Shown piece by piece: positions 23,426 to 36,046 of a stretch of 64,000 nucleotides of DNA. The stretch covers positions 21,576,001 to 21,640,000 of the forward strand of contig OZ024742.1 of the NCBI GenBank assembly GCA_964016885.1, written 5' to 3'. The translations under genes and the position numbers were made by a program. Within the stretch, counting starts at the first letter, position 1, and each line of letters begins with the position of its first letter. The stretch comes from Eledone cirrhosa. Its lineage: Eukaryota. The notes beneath the pieces are model-generated. The model did not search any database and was not told the DNA's origin. It saw nothing but the letters and a program-made list of their open reading frames with translations.

Positions 23426-26400
23426 TTAATTGTAAGTTGTGATGTTGCTGTTCCACTCATATTTTCTATTTAATTTTGGTTGTAATTCTTTTATGCTTAC
23501 TGCCTCTGTAATTTGCCTAAACATTGCATCTTTTCTGTGTGTGGATTCTATTTTTATTTCTATGTTCTCTAATTTACCCTTGTGTTCTATCTTAGCATGT
23601 TGGTAGAGTACAGATGATTCTTTATTATCTTGAAGGTCTCGCCAGTGTTCATTTATCCGTTCCCCTATACTACGAGCTGTCTCCCCAATGTACACTATAT
23701 TTTTGTTTCTACATTGTCCTTCAGTACATCTTATGCTATACACTACATTTCTAGTTTTACAGTTAATATGGGGGCTTATTTTACAGGTTATACATTTCTT
23801 ATCTATACATGAGGGTCTTTGGAACGGGTATGTCTTGCTAATAAGTGTTTTTTACGGAGGTACCTGGTCTTTCTACTATCTTAATATTGAGTTTATGTTT
23901 ATTTAGGGCCCTTCTAAATTTGTAGGCTAGTTCGCCTCTAGGGGTTGTATTGATGAACATTACACTCTGGTATTTATTGCTATCATACCATGAGTTTATT
24001 CTATTGGCCTTGTTCCTAGTTCTTTCTATTCTATTCCAAAATTTGCTCCTATACAAGGGGCAAGTCCCATTTATGTCATTATTTACCATTTTTTCCCATT
24101 TGGTTCTGGCTCCTCTATACACTCTGATTCTATCTCTCTGATTGTAGCCAGAGAACTGCATACGGTGGATGAAGTGTTGTATGTGTCTCTCTAGTTCTTC
24201 GGGGTTGCACATGTGGGACACATTTCTCATCACCCGTACCAAATCTGCAATCAGTATGTTGATTTTGGTATGGTCCGAAATGGCCGAGTTTCGGTGGATC
24301 AGATGTTTGGAAGTCATGGGTTTGGCATAATGGGAATGGAGGATTTGTTTTTGGTTGTTAATGGTATCTAACCAGAGCTATGTGTCTAGTACAGGTAATC
24401 GATGGTTGGGGTGTCTACTTGGGTAGTCTATAGTAACTCTAATGCTCTGGTGGATGGAGTTTGCTATTTGCTGGATGCTTTCCATTGTGTTTTTCTCTAG
24501 TCCTGACTGTTCTCTAGTGGGGGTGTCTTAACTACGATGTTTATATCATCTACGTAGCGGGAGTACATTATCAGGGTTAAGCTGTCTTCTAATTGTTCTT
24601 TAAGTTTAAGTTTAAGTCTACTGTCCCACCATACCATGAATAAGTTAGCTATGTCGCCTGCAATACTAACACCAATGGCTGCTCCTTCCTCTTGGGCATA
24701 TGTTTTTCCATTAAATTTGAACATATGTTCCTTAAGGGTTAATTTTATGCTGGACCCTACCGCATGAGCAATCATTTTCTTCAGTTCATCGTGGTTTTCG
24801 GGTGTCCGTATGGCTCTGGTCCACCCGTTCCATCTATCTGTGTGGGTTTTCTTGGCCATTGAGGTAATGGTAGGTGGTCTGCCTCTTGCTGGTCTTGTAG
24901 GGCACAGGTTGCTAAGGTCATAAGTGTCTAGGTAACTATTACTATAGGTAAGCTTAAGTAGAAGTCCCAGCTCACTGGTATCAATCCCACAGAACTCAAC
25001 CTTGCTCTCGCTGATCATTTCTACGCATTTCTCCACAGCAAAATCCACGTCAATAGATGGATACAGGGACACAACATCCATACTGCCTATTATGCAGTTT
25101 GTTAGGTCCCCAGATCGGTTACTCACGCCGTTTCTGCTGAGGAGGTCCTCCGTGCTGTCACATACATCTGGGGACATCTCAATGATGGGGCGTATGATCA
25201 GGGAGAGGAAGTAGGACAGTCTGTAGTTACTAGCAATGTTAGCTCCACAGACTGGCCGTGTTGGTGGTCCCGCGACAGGGTCACAGCCCGTTTTATGGTC
25301 TTTTCGAAGCCCATACAACGCCGGCACGTCATTGTTCCAGGCCTGGAAGTTGTTGGCTGTCCTTTTGTTGGGCTGCATTATATTCGTCCACATCACCATA
25401 TGGGCATTGAGGGCTTTTTCTCTATCCTCATGCTCCTGTGGTGTTACCTCTCTTGTGTTAGTGATGTGGGGTTGCATTGCCTGGATGTAGTTTGGCAGGC
25501 TGTCAACCGACATTCTGCCAGCCTTGTCTGTTGGAAAGCATGCTATCTCTCCATTACGTAAGCGCTGCATGAGCTTACGCAAGCCATTTGCAGATTTTTC
25601 TTCCAGCTGCTGGGCCTCTATTCTATTATGCTTCTTGCTATACTGTTCTATAATATTTCTAAGTTCGGATCTAGCTATACTAAATTGTGCTTCTGTTTGT
25701 TCATCGACCTGCGACGGCAACTGCGTGCGTTTGTTAAATGGTGAAGTCGTGGCGTGGACTCGTCGCAGGTGGAATGATTTATCGGAGGGATTATAAAACG
25801 GAGAGTTTCCTTTTAATCCTATTACTTTCCCTTATTTCTGTGATTTCTGTGCTACTGTTATTACTTGTTTTCTGTGTCTGTGTGTTTGTTAAGATTGTGG
25901 TGGTGGTGAGAGGCATTGAATGCGTGTGTGTTGTTGTTGTTGATGTGTGCTGTTGTTGATGTGTGCTGTTGTTGATGTGTGTTGTTGTTGTCTCCGTGTG
26001 TGTTATCGTTGTTGTGTGTGTTGTTATTGTTGTTTGTGTCTGCGTGTCTGTTGTTGTTTCTGGGTATGTTGCTATTGTTGTTGTTGTTGATGTGTGTGTT
26101 GTTGTTTTTGTTGTTTGTGTCTGTGTGTCTGTTGTTGTTGGGATGTGTGTTGTATATGTGTGTGCGTATATTGTTGCTTTTGTTTTTGATGCTCCAGCGT
26201 AGTTTTGTAAATGATTTTTCTATTTCTGACAGGCAACTAATCATATTTACCTTCTTGAATGTCGCAAATTTCGGCGGCAAACATAACACAGAGATTTCAT
26301 CATTATCTATGTTTGCGTTCCCATAAATGTTGGTGTTTTTGTTGTTGAACTCTTCTGATAATGAGGTGTCGGCCATGTTGATACCGTCAATTTTGTCGGG

Positions 26401-26919
26401 ATATCTATTGGTATACTCTATAGTATCCTGATTTAGCTTTGCCTGTTTAAGCCACTTTAGTTTCCTGTTAAAGTGCTTATCACATTCTTGAGTAATGTTC
26501 TGTTCTTCAGGGCGTATAAGGCTTATAAATATTAGTTTCTCTCTTGGTGCGGTGATTCTAGCTATTTCTTGTATTAGGTTACGCTTTTGTTTTTCTTTAT
26601 GACTTAATTCTCTATAGATCTTCATTTTTATGTTTAGAATTAATGTTCGTTTTAGCCTATCTGCTTGTTTTTTGGTGAGTTGTAATCTTCTAACGTCGGT
26701 ATTGATGGTGTTGGTGCAGATTCTGGAAGAGGCACACTGCTTTATGAAGGATAGTTGTCGAGATGTTATGGTTTTTCGTAGACAACAGAACATGGTGGTG
26801 TTCAGTATCTTGTTAGCCTGGATAAGGCTTACGATATTTCGTTTCTGAATTTGTTTAGCAAGATTCTTTATCTGAAACCGTGTGTTGAAACCGATATTGT
26901 TATACTTTGGGAGGGTAAT
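23426..26919 (-). pseudogene. Disrupted family B ORF (N-terminal domain, Asn/Thr/His-rich linker, RT, GIY-YIG)
   Basis: Relative to the + copy: ~210-bp deletion near 25806, frameshifts near 24500 and 23850, and a stop near 24378. The start codon reads ATT where the other tails have ATG. Confidence 0.88.
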
Positions 26920-27448
26920 GTTGCCAATAAGAAACACACGCACCAGTTGTTTCACTTCAATTTATTATATATTTATAAATTTATAAATTTACAAATCTAC
27001 AAACTTATAAATTTCTGGTTGGTTGGTTGGTTCCACAACCAGATAGTTGTTTATATATAGTCGTAGTCCTTTCGTCACACACTCTGTGTCCTCTTCTGGG
27101 GATTCCTTTCTTTGTTTCTGTGCCTTTCCTTTCTTCTGTCCTACGCCATTTTGTTTCTGTGTGTGTGTTGTGTGCTCAGTTCGCGCATGCGCCACATCCG
27201 GGTGTCTGTGTGTGTTTGTGTTAATTTATCTATTTGTTTATTTATTTACATGTTGTTGGTTGGTTGTTTGTTCTATGTGTGTGTGTGTTTTCATTTTGTC
27301 CTTAATTGTAAGTTGTGATGTTGCTGTTCCACTCATAAGGGAAAGTAATAGGATTAAAAGGAAAAGGAGAAGGGAGACTAAGGACAAAGAGAATAACCAA
27401 GACGAACACACAGACACGTAAAATAGGGTAGATAACAACATTGAGCCA

Positions 27449-29956
27449 GTGGAAAGAGACAGGAGTAATTATGAGAGACATAAAAACAACCATGAGGCTA
27501 TTGGTGGAAATAGAAATAGAAACAACACAACTAACAATAACAAAAGCACTAGTACACATAAAGCAGCAGCCTGGAACTCTCCGTTTTATAATCCCTCCGA
27601 TAAATCATTCCACCTGCGACGAGTCCACGCCACGACTTTACCATTTAACAAACGCACGCAGTTGCCGTCGCAGGTCGATGAACAAACAGAAGCACAATTT
27701 AGTATAGCTAGATCCGAACTTAGAAATATTTTAGAACAGTATAGCAAGAAGCATAATAGAATAGAGGCCCAGCAACTGGGAGAAAAATCTGCAAATGGCT
27801 TGCGTAAGCTCATGCAGCGCTCACGTAATGGAGATATAGCATGCTTTCCAACAGACAAGTCTGGCAGAATGTCGGTTGACAGCCTGCCAAACTACATCCA
27901 GGCAATGCAACCCCACATCACTAACACAAGAGAGGTAACACCACAGGAGCATGAGGATAGAGAAAAAGCCCTCAATGCCCATATGGTGATGTGGACGAAT
28001 ATAATGCAGCCCAACAAAAGGACTGCCAACAACTTCCAGGCCTGGAACAATGACGTGCCGGCGTTGTATGGGCTTCGAAAAGACCATAAAACGGGCTGTG
28101 ACCCTGTCGCGGGACCACCAACACGGCCAGTCTGTGGAGCTAACATTGCTAGTAACTACAGACTGTCCTACTTCCTCTCCCTGATCATACGCCCCATCAT
28201 TGAGATGTCCCCAGATGTATGTGACAGCACGGAGGGCCTCCTCAGCAGAATCGGCGTGAGTAACCGATCTGGGGACCTAACAAACTGCATAATAGGCAGT
28301 ATGGATGTTGTGTCCCTGTATCCATCTATTGACGTGGATTTTTCTGTGGAGAAATGCGTAGAAATGATCAGCGAGAGCAAGGTTGAGTTCTGTGGGATTG
28401 ATACCAGTGAGCTGGGACTTCTACTTAAGCTTACCCATATTAATAGTTACCTAGACACTTATGACCTTAGCAAACTGTGCCCTACAAGACCAGCAAGAGG
28501 CAGACCACCTACCATTACCTCAATGGCCAAGAAAACCCACACAGATAGATGGAACGGGTGGACCAGAGCCATGCGGACACCCGAAAACCACGATGAACTG
28601 AAGAAAATGATTGCACATGCGGTAGGGTCCAGCATAAAATTAACCCTTAAGGAACATATGTTCAAATTTAATGGAAAAACATATGCCCAAGAGGAAGGAG
28701 CAGCCATTGGTGTTAGTATTGCAGGCGACATAGCTAACTTATTCATGGTATGGTGGGACAGTAGACTTAAACTTAAACTTAAAGAACAATTAGAAGACAG
28801 CTTAACCCTGATAATGTACTCCCGCTACGTAGATGATATAAATTTCGTAGTTAAGACACCCCCACTAGAGAACAGTCAGGAACTAGAGAAAAACACAATG
28901 GAAAGCATCCAGCAAATAGCAAACTCCATCCACCAGTGCATTAGAGTTACTATAGACTACCCAAGTAGACACCCCAACCTTCGATTACCTGTACTAGACA
29001 CAGAGCTCTGGTTAGATACCATTAACAACCAAAAACAAATCCTCCATTCCCATTATTCCAAACCCATGACTTCCAAACATCTGATCCACCGAAACTCGGC
29101 CATTTCGGACCATACCAAAATCAACATACTGATTGCGGATTTGGTACGGGTGATGAGAAATGTGTCCCGCATGTGCAACCCCGAAGAACTAGAGAGACAC
29201 ATACAACACTTCATCCACCGTATGCAGTTCTCTGGCTACAATCAGAGAGATAGAATCAGAGTGTATAGAGGAGCCAGAACCAAATGGGAAAAAATGGTAA
29301 ATAATGACATAAATGGGACTTGCCCCTTGTATAGGAGCAAATTTTGGAATAGAATAGAAAGAACTAGGAACAAGGCCAATAGAATAAACTCATGGTATGA
29401 TAGCAATAAATACCAGAGTGTAATGTTCATCAATACAACCCCTAGAGGCGAACTAGCCTACACATTTAGAAGGGCCCTAAATAAACATAAACTCAATATT
29501 AAGATAGTAGAAAGACCAGGTACCTCCGTAAAAACACTTATTAGCAAGACATACCCGTTCCAAAGACCCTCATGTATAGATAAGAAATGTATAACCTGTA
29601 AAATAAGCCCCCATATTAACTGTAAAACTAGAAATGTAGTGTATAGCATAAGATGTACTGAAGGACAATGTAGAAACAAAAATATAGTGTACATTGGGGA
29701 GACAGCTCGTAGTATAGGGGAACGGATAAATGAACACTGGCGAGACCTTCAAGATAATAAAGAATCATCTGTACTCTACCAACATGCTAAGATAGAACAC
29801 AAGGGTAAATTAGAGAACATAGAAATAAAAATAGAATCCACACACAGAAAAGATGCAATGTTTAGGCATATTACAGAGGCAGTAAGTATAAAAGAATTAC
29901 AACCAAAATTAAATAGAAAATATGAGTGGAACAGCAACATCACAACTTACAATTAA
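27449..29956 (+). CDS. Uninterrupted 835-aa PLE RT + GIY-YIG endonuclease reading frame (N-terminally truncated)
   Basis: LYGLRKDHK, PTRPV, MDVVSLYPSI, YVDD, LPVLD, CxxxxCxxC linker, VYSIRC..YIGETAR..ER..EH..H..EAV.I..LN. Confidence 0.88.
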   Translation: MERDRSNYERHKNNHEAIGGNRNRNNTTNNNKSTSTHKAAAWNSPFYNPSDKSFHLRRVHATTLPFNKRTQLPSQVDEQTEAQFSIARSELRNILEQYSKKHNRIEAQQLGEKSANGLRKLMQRSRNGDIACFPTDKSGRMSVDSLPNYIQAMQPHITNTREVTPQEHEDREKALNAHMVMWTNIMQPNKRTANNFQAWNNDVPALYGLRKDHKTGCDPVAGPPTRPVCGANIASNYRLSYFLSLIIRPIIEMSPDVCDSTEGLLSRIGVSNRSGDLTNCIIGSMDVVSLYPSIDVDFSVEKCVEMISESKVEFCGIDTSELGLLLKLTHINSYLDTYDLSKLCPTRPARGRPPTITSMAKKTHTDRWNGWTRAMRTPENHDELKKMIAHAVGSSIKLTLKEHMFKFNGKTYAQEEGAAIGVSIAGDIANLFMVWWDSRLKLKLKEQLEDSLTLIMYSRYVDDINFVVKTPPLENSQELEKNTMESIQQIANSIHQCIRVTIDYPSRHPNLRLPVLDTELWLDTINNQKQILHSHYSKPMTSKHLIHRNSAISDHTKINILIADLVRVMRNVSRMCNPEELERHIQHFIHRMQFSGYNQRDRIRVYRGARTKWEKMVNNDINGTCPLYRSKFWNRIERTRNKANRINSWYDSNKYQSVMFINTTPRGELAYTFRRALNKHKLNIKIVERPGTSVKTLISKTYPFQRPSCIDKKCITCKISPHINCKTRNVVYSIRCTEGQCRNKNIVYIGETARSIGERINEHWRDLQDNKESSVLYQHAKIEHKGKLENIEIKIESTHRKDAMFRHITEAVSIKELQPKLNRKYEWNSNITTYN

Positions 29957-30056
29957 GGACAAAATGAAAACACACACACACATAGAACAAACAACCAACC
30001 AACTACATGTAAATAAATAAACAAATAGATAAATGAACACAAACACACACAGGCAC

Positions 30057-30114
30057 CCGGATGACGCGCATGCGCAAACTGAGCACACAACACACACACA
30101 GAAACAAAATGGCG
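30057..30114 (+). promoter_or_regulatory. Candidate pseudo-LTR internal promoter (ETS-like, NRF1 and YY1-like motifs)
   Basis: CCGGAT at 30057, GCGCATGCGC at 30066-30075, AAAATGGCG at 30106-30114. Also present in the other two B pLTRs. Confidence 0.5.
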
Positions 30115-30160
30115 TAGGACAGAAGAAAGGAAAGGCACAGAAACAAAGAAAGGAATCCCC

Positions 30161-30205
30161 AGTCACTGAAGAGGTCACAGAGTGTGTGACGAAAGGACTA
30201 TGACT
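30161..30205 (+). ncRNA. Type I hammerhead in 3' pseudo-LTR of family B
   Basis: Identical to 23177-23221, with canonical core and perfect stems I and II. Confidence 0.88.
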
Positions 30206-30363
30206 ATATATAAACAACTATTTGGTTGTGGAACCAACCAACCAACCAGAAATTTATAAGTTTGTAGATTTGTAAATTTATAAATTTATAAATATATAAT
30301 AAATTGAAGTGAAAGCAACTGGTGCGTGTGTTTCTTATTGGCAACATGACCCTCCCAAAGTAT

Positions 30364-30664
<301 letters not shown>

Positions 30665-31355
30665 GTACATACACTAAAACACATACACACACATATATAT
30701 ATATATATATGTGTGTGTATGTGTCTGTGTGTGCGTGTCTATGTGTGTGCGTGTGTGTGTTTATGTGTGTGTGCCGACATGTACTACAAAATGTTCCTCA
30801 CGATTTATTTGTTCTGTTCCTATACCTGCCAACGTTTCTCACATATCATCAATATTTCTAATAATGAATCTTATCTGACAATTACCTCCTTTGTCTCTGT
30901 CTTTGAGCATCAACGTGAATGACAATCCTTTATAATAGTATTAACGGCCTCCAGCAAAAGAGATCAAATTACCAAAATGTTGACTGATCTATTTTACTCA
31001 CCGCACGACATTAATATTACTATATAGGTCAATTTATAAAGCCAACTTCTAACTCTAAACTAGATTATCTGGTTACTATACAAAGAACCAAAGCGAAACT
31101 GGGGAAATAGATTGGATGAGAGGAGTTCATGTCTCCGAGAAACAATTATTATAGTTTCATGTGATAACTGACTAAAATGAACATCAATACATTTGATAAT
31201 TTGTAATTTTGCCATTGCTGAACTATTTGACTTTGTTTCCTTTGTAGAAGTACTATGAACCAATGGTTATATTTGTGAAATTGTTTTGATTAAGGTAAAT
31301 ATATTATTTAAAGAATTAAGGCTGTCATATATGCTTTTATACATACTTATGTAAA

Positions 31356-31435
<80 letters not shown>

Positions 31436-31599
31436 AGAATTTTCGCTCTAAATGGCGGAATACAATGAATGTAGTCTGAGTTTTTTTAATATTAATAATA
31501 ACATTCGATTCGTTTGCAATTATACAAACAAGCATCAATTTTATAGCCATGTCAGTAGAATTAACCCTTCATTCTTGCTCTTGTGTTGGCATGTGACCA

Positions 31600-31649
31600 G
31601 AACTGCAGACACTAATGTTTCTGGGTATCACCCTTCATCAGTACAGCTC
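31600..31649 (-). ncRNA. Type I hammerhead (437-nt unit)
   Basis: gagctgta-CTGATGA-a-GGGT gat ACCC-a-GAAA-CAT ta GTG-TC-tgcagttc. Confidence 0.88.
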
Positions 31650-32037
31650 ACTGTTCACCTGGCAAATTGTCAGAGCTAGTGAAAATATATGCTATTTTCA
31701 AAAATACACAGTGACTGATCGGCCTGATGTGCATATTAGCAGACTGGCTGATCAGTCAGATCTGCATATTAGAAGATCCACTGATCAGCGAGATTTGCAT
31801 ATCAGCAGACTGGCCAGTCAGTTTCCTGTATACGAGCGATAAATGGCCGGCTTTGCCCAATTCAAATAAAAAAGAAAATGTTCGCTCTACATGGCTGAAT
31901 ACAATAAATGTAATCTGAGTGTTCGAATATTAATAATAACATTCGATTCGTTTGCAATTATGCAAACAAGCCTCAATGTTCTAGCCATGTCAGTAGAATG
32001 AACCCTTCATTCTTGCTCTTATGTGGCATGTGAACAC

Positions 32038-32086
32038 AACTGCAGACACTAATGTTTCTGGGTATCACCCTTCATCAGTACAGCTC
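32038..32086 (-). ncRNA. Type I hammerhead (437-nt unit, second copy)
   Basis: Same core. Stem I extends via gtgaaca/tgttcac. Confidence 0.88.
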
Positions 32087-32692
32087 ACTGTTCACCTGCC
32101 AAACTGTAAGAGCTAGTGAAAATATATGCTATTTTCAAAAATACACAGTGATTGATCGGCCTGATTTGCATATTCACAGACGGGCTGATCAGTCGGATCT
32201 GCATATGAACAGATACACTGATCAGCCAGATTTGCATATCAGCAGTCTGCTAATATGCAAATCAGCCAATCAGTCATTGGGTATTTTTGAAAACTAGCAG
32301 TTCTGCTTACATGCAAACACAAGAACAAGAATGACGGGTTCATTCTACTGACATTGCTTTAAAAATGAGTCTTTTTTGCATAATTTCAAACGAATCGAAT
32401 GTTATTATTAATATTCGAAACACTCAGATTACATTTATTGTATTCAGCCATGTAGAGCGAAAATTTTCTTATTTATTTGAATTTGGCAAAGCCGGCCATT
32501 TATCGCTCGTACACAGGAAACTGACTGGCCAGTCTGCTGATATGCAAATCTGGCTGATCAGTAGATCTGCTAATATGCAGATCTGACTGATCAGCCAGTC
32601 TGCTTATATGGAAATAAGGCCGATCAGTCACTGTGTATTTTTTTAAATAGCATATATTTTCACTAGCTCTGACAGTTTGGCAGGTGAACAGT

Positions 32693-32742
32693 GAGCTGTA
32701 CTGATGAAGGATGATACCCAGAAACATTAGTGTCTGCAATTA
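32693..32742 (+). ncRNA. Type I hammerhead (437-nt unit, inverted copy)
   Basis: gagctgta-CTGATGA-aggatgataccca-GAAA-cattagtg-TC-tgca, with one stem II mismatch. Confidence 0.82.
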
Positions 32743-32992
32743 TGTTCACATGCCAACATAAGAGAAAGAATGCAGGTTTCATTCTACTGACATGGCTATA
32801 TGGCAAACGAATCGAATCTCAGATTACATTTATCTATATATATAAACAAATATGTATATGTATGTATGTATATATATATATATAAAAAACATGAGAAGAA
32901 AGAAAAATACTGCGTGGTTTGCACATGGGTTACATATGATAAAAATAGTCCTTCGTCAGTGATTTTCCAACCATCATTGGTATTTCATCGCA

Positions 32993-33081
<89 letters not shown>

Positions 33082-33083
<2 letters not shown>

Positions 33084-33296
33084 CGCAAGCGGTGGGAGGG
33101 ACAGTCCTGACGAAGGCCAGTTAAGCCTGAAATGCATAGACGGTTGTCCCGCTTGCTTCTGCTGGACATCACCAGAGGGCATTAGCCTCCCCGGTGCTGG
33201 CATAGCTACGGCTTCCTAAAACTGTATTACTTTGGAGATACTAAATATTTATACATATTGTATAAAGCTATGCTTGAAGCGAAATCGTATTTCTTA
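33082..33296 (+). mobile_element. Partial copy of the 322-nt retrozyme-like family with HHR at 33101-33144
   Basis: CTGACGA-AGGC cagttaa GCCT-GAAA-TGCA-TA-gac. Homologous to 51394-51592. Confidence 0.88.
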
Positions 33297-33355
33297 TATA
33301 TATATATATATATACATATATACACACATATATATATACATATATATACACATAT

Positions 33356-33510
33356 TCGACGGCTATTTCTGGACAGAAATAGCCGTCGAAACGGCTTGAG
33401 CTCTGCCTTCGGGCTCATACTTTTTCCTATTTCCCACTCTACTACCCTAAGTATTGAGTACTCTGGTGCGTTATGGTCTATCTGGTTCCTTACCACAATT
33501 CCTTTGTTAT
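33356..33510 (+). mobile_element. Short PLE-type 3' fragment beginning at a hammerhead stem II hairpin
   Basis: gacggctatttct-ggac-agaaatagccgtc-GAAA. Homologous to 56545-56711. Confidence 0.7.
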
Positions 33511-33804
33511 ATATATATATATATATAACTCTGGCTGCTATAGCTTGTTTCGAGCTTTATGTTAATGTATAAAGCAGTATGTTATTTGCAGGCTACGACA
33601 ATGCAAAGGCAAGAAAAAATAGTGACAACTCTCGATCCAATTTCTCATATATATTCTTCTGTCGAAGTATTCTAGACTCGAATTATTAGGACAAAATAAC
33701 AGGTGTAACACCATCATCATAGTTGCGTCTAGTTTATTCCACAATCTACCCCACCCAATTTGCAGTGTCGTAGACTTCAAATAACAGACACCTTTATATA
33801 TATA

Positions 33805-33872
<68 letters not shown>

Positions 33873-34720
33873 TAGGTGTGTGTGTGTGTGTGTGAATGTA
33901 TGTATAAGAGTGCACCTAACGTACCCATGTTATTTTTTTCTGTGTTTTGTTTTGTTTCATTTAATAACTTTATTACATTTTTGAATATCGAATAATATTT
34001 ACTGTGTAATTCCTACGCCTACGTGCATGTGTAATGGTTGGTGTGTGAGTAAGAGAGGGAGAAAGAGGAAAAAACGATACAATGTGTGTGTAGTTGCAGA
34101 TAAATGATGCACATTTTTCACATCCTAGAAGACAATAAAAAAGAATTGCAACTTTCACCAGAATCCTTTGTAAAATGTTAATATGCCGTTCGTTAAGAAA
34201 AACGTTTGAATTTCTTTTCATGATTTGTGTCTTCCTTGTTTTCTTGGAGGAACATGAATAATTTATAAAATGAAATCAATAAATTGGATGGGAATACATT
34301 AAAGGTCATATTATGATTTGCTCAAAACCATTGTGTCTATTATCAGAAATTTGACACAAGCCAATTTACGTCTGGGTATGTTGGACATGAAAATATTGCG
34401 AAGCTTTATTTGTTACACAGAGCACATAATTTCTTAATGATTAAATTGTACATTATCACAATTTATTTTCTTTGAGAGTATTGTATTATTTCTCTCTTTC
34501 TGTTTTCGAATACATCAGAATCATTCTATGAATTAAGAAATATAATTCTTTGTATTATTCTCCCTGTGTTCAATATGTTAGACGATGTACATGAGAGATT
34601 ATTGGTAGCAGTCTATTATAGTAGTTTGTGAGGTCATGCTGAGATAAAAATAAACATTGTTGAGTACGGGGCCTGTATTTGTATGTATAATGAAGTAGTA
34701 CTTAGTATATATAAATATAC

Positions 34721-34802
<82 letters not shown>

Positions 34803-34804
34803 GC

Positions 34805-34900
<96 letters not shown>

Positions 34901-34910
34901 GCATATATAC

Positions 34911-34985
<75 letters not shown>

Positions 34986-35157
34986 TATGTATATATATAC
35001 ATACATACGTTCATACATATATGTATATATATATAGAAGTAGTTCCACAACAGTTAATACACCATTCCCGAGAACAATTTGTTTCTCCTCAAACGGATCA
35101 TCAGCTCGGTTTAAATGAGATAACACACACACACACACACACACACACATTTTTTCC

Positions 35158-35220
<63 letters not shown>

Positions 35221-35963
35221 GGGGGATGGGTCAGAGAGAAATTGATAGAGAAAGGAAATGATAGAGAGTGGAAGATATAGAGGTAGAAAATAGATATCCT
35301 GTGTGATAAACATCCCGAGAGACAAGTCTGAATTTCGCGCCCTTTAATAGAATGACTCTTCCTTAAATGCCTCGTCTCTCATTTTAGTATTCATTTCCAA
35401 TTTGACATCTCTAACAGATAAATTGGGGGCTGCCATCACTGTTTTATAAGGCCAATGACATATTTTATGTTCCTCAACTTTCATAATGAACTACTGGAAA
35501 ATGTGTTCGAAAGTTTAAAAGATAGCAGCAATCTCTAGTTAGACACTCGTGTTGTAACTCGTATAAACCTTGAATAATATAGAAGAAATGGAAGGATTAC
35601 ATCCTGTCTGAGGTATAAGCGAGGGCATGTAGATGGGTTGCCTCACAGATGACGCTGGCTGTGCTCCGTAAAAAAGGCTTTCGCCATATTGTTCGTTGAG
35701 ATACACTGCTACGTCAGCGTTGTAGAGTCTGCCACTACCTCTCACTTCATTTTTTTTTTCATTATGTAATTTATTCCTCTTTCTTCCTCATGATTATGTG
35801 AAATATTTATATGAATAAAAAGTGTCTGTGTTTGTGTATAATTTACCAACGAATATCTACGATCGGATAAATGTTTATATTATATTTTACTTGTAAACAA
35901 ACAGATCGATGTAAAAATGTGCAGTAAAGATTGCAAGTACTAATTTGATGAAGACATAGTGTG

Positions 35964-36046
<83 letters not shown>

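Larger units (their letters stand above)
22950..27336 (-). mobile_element. Full-length-type Penelope-like element, family B (Nematis-like), with 5' and 3' pseudo-LTRs
   Basis: Direct repeat 26835-27336 is similar to 22950-23460. RT (GSMDVVSLYPSI, GAAIG, YSRYVDD) and GIY-YIG lie between. Confidence 0.92.
27337..30370 (+). mobile_element. Inverted 5'-truncated second copy of family B
   Basis: Joined head-to-head to the minus copy at about 27336. Ends atgaccctcccaaagtataacaat+(TA)n. Confidence 0.92.
31432..32833. mobile_element. Retrozyme-like array: 437-nt HHR unit in tandem (-) plus inverted copies (+)
   Basis: tgcagacact at 31604 and 32041 (period 437). Inversion near 32244. TA-flanked, with no credible ORF. 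Confidence 0.85.

Noticed and set aside
27449-29956. Naiad-type selenoprotein PLE
   Set aside because: The endonuclease is C-terminal in all four families, and I saw no pattern of in-frame TGA codons.
35539-35745. GC-richer 68-aa minus-strand frame, possible host exon
   Set aside because: No recognisable domain or clear splice sites.
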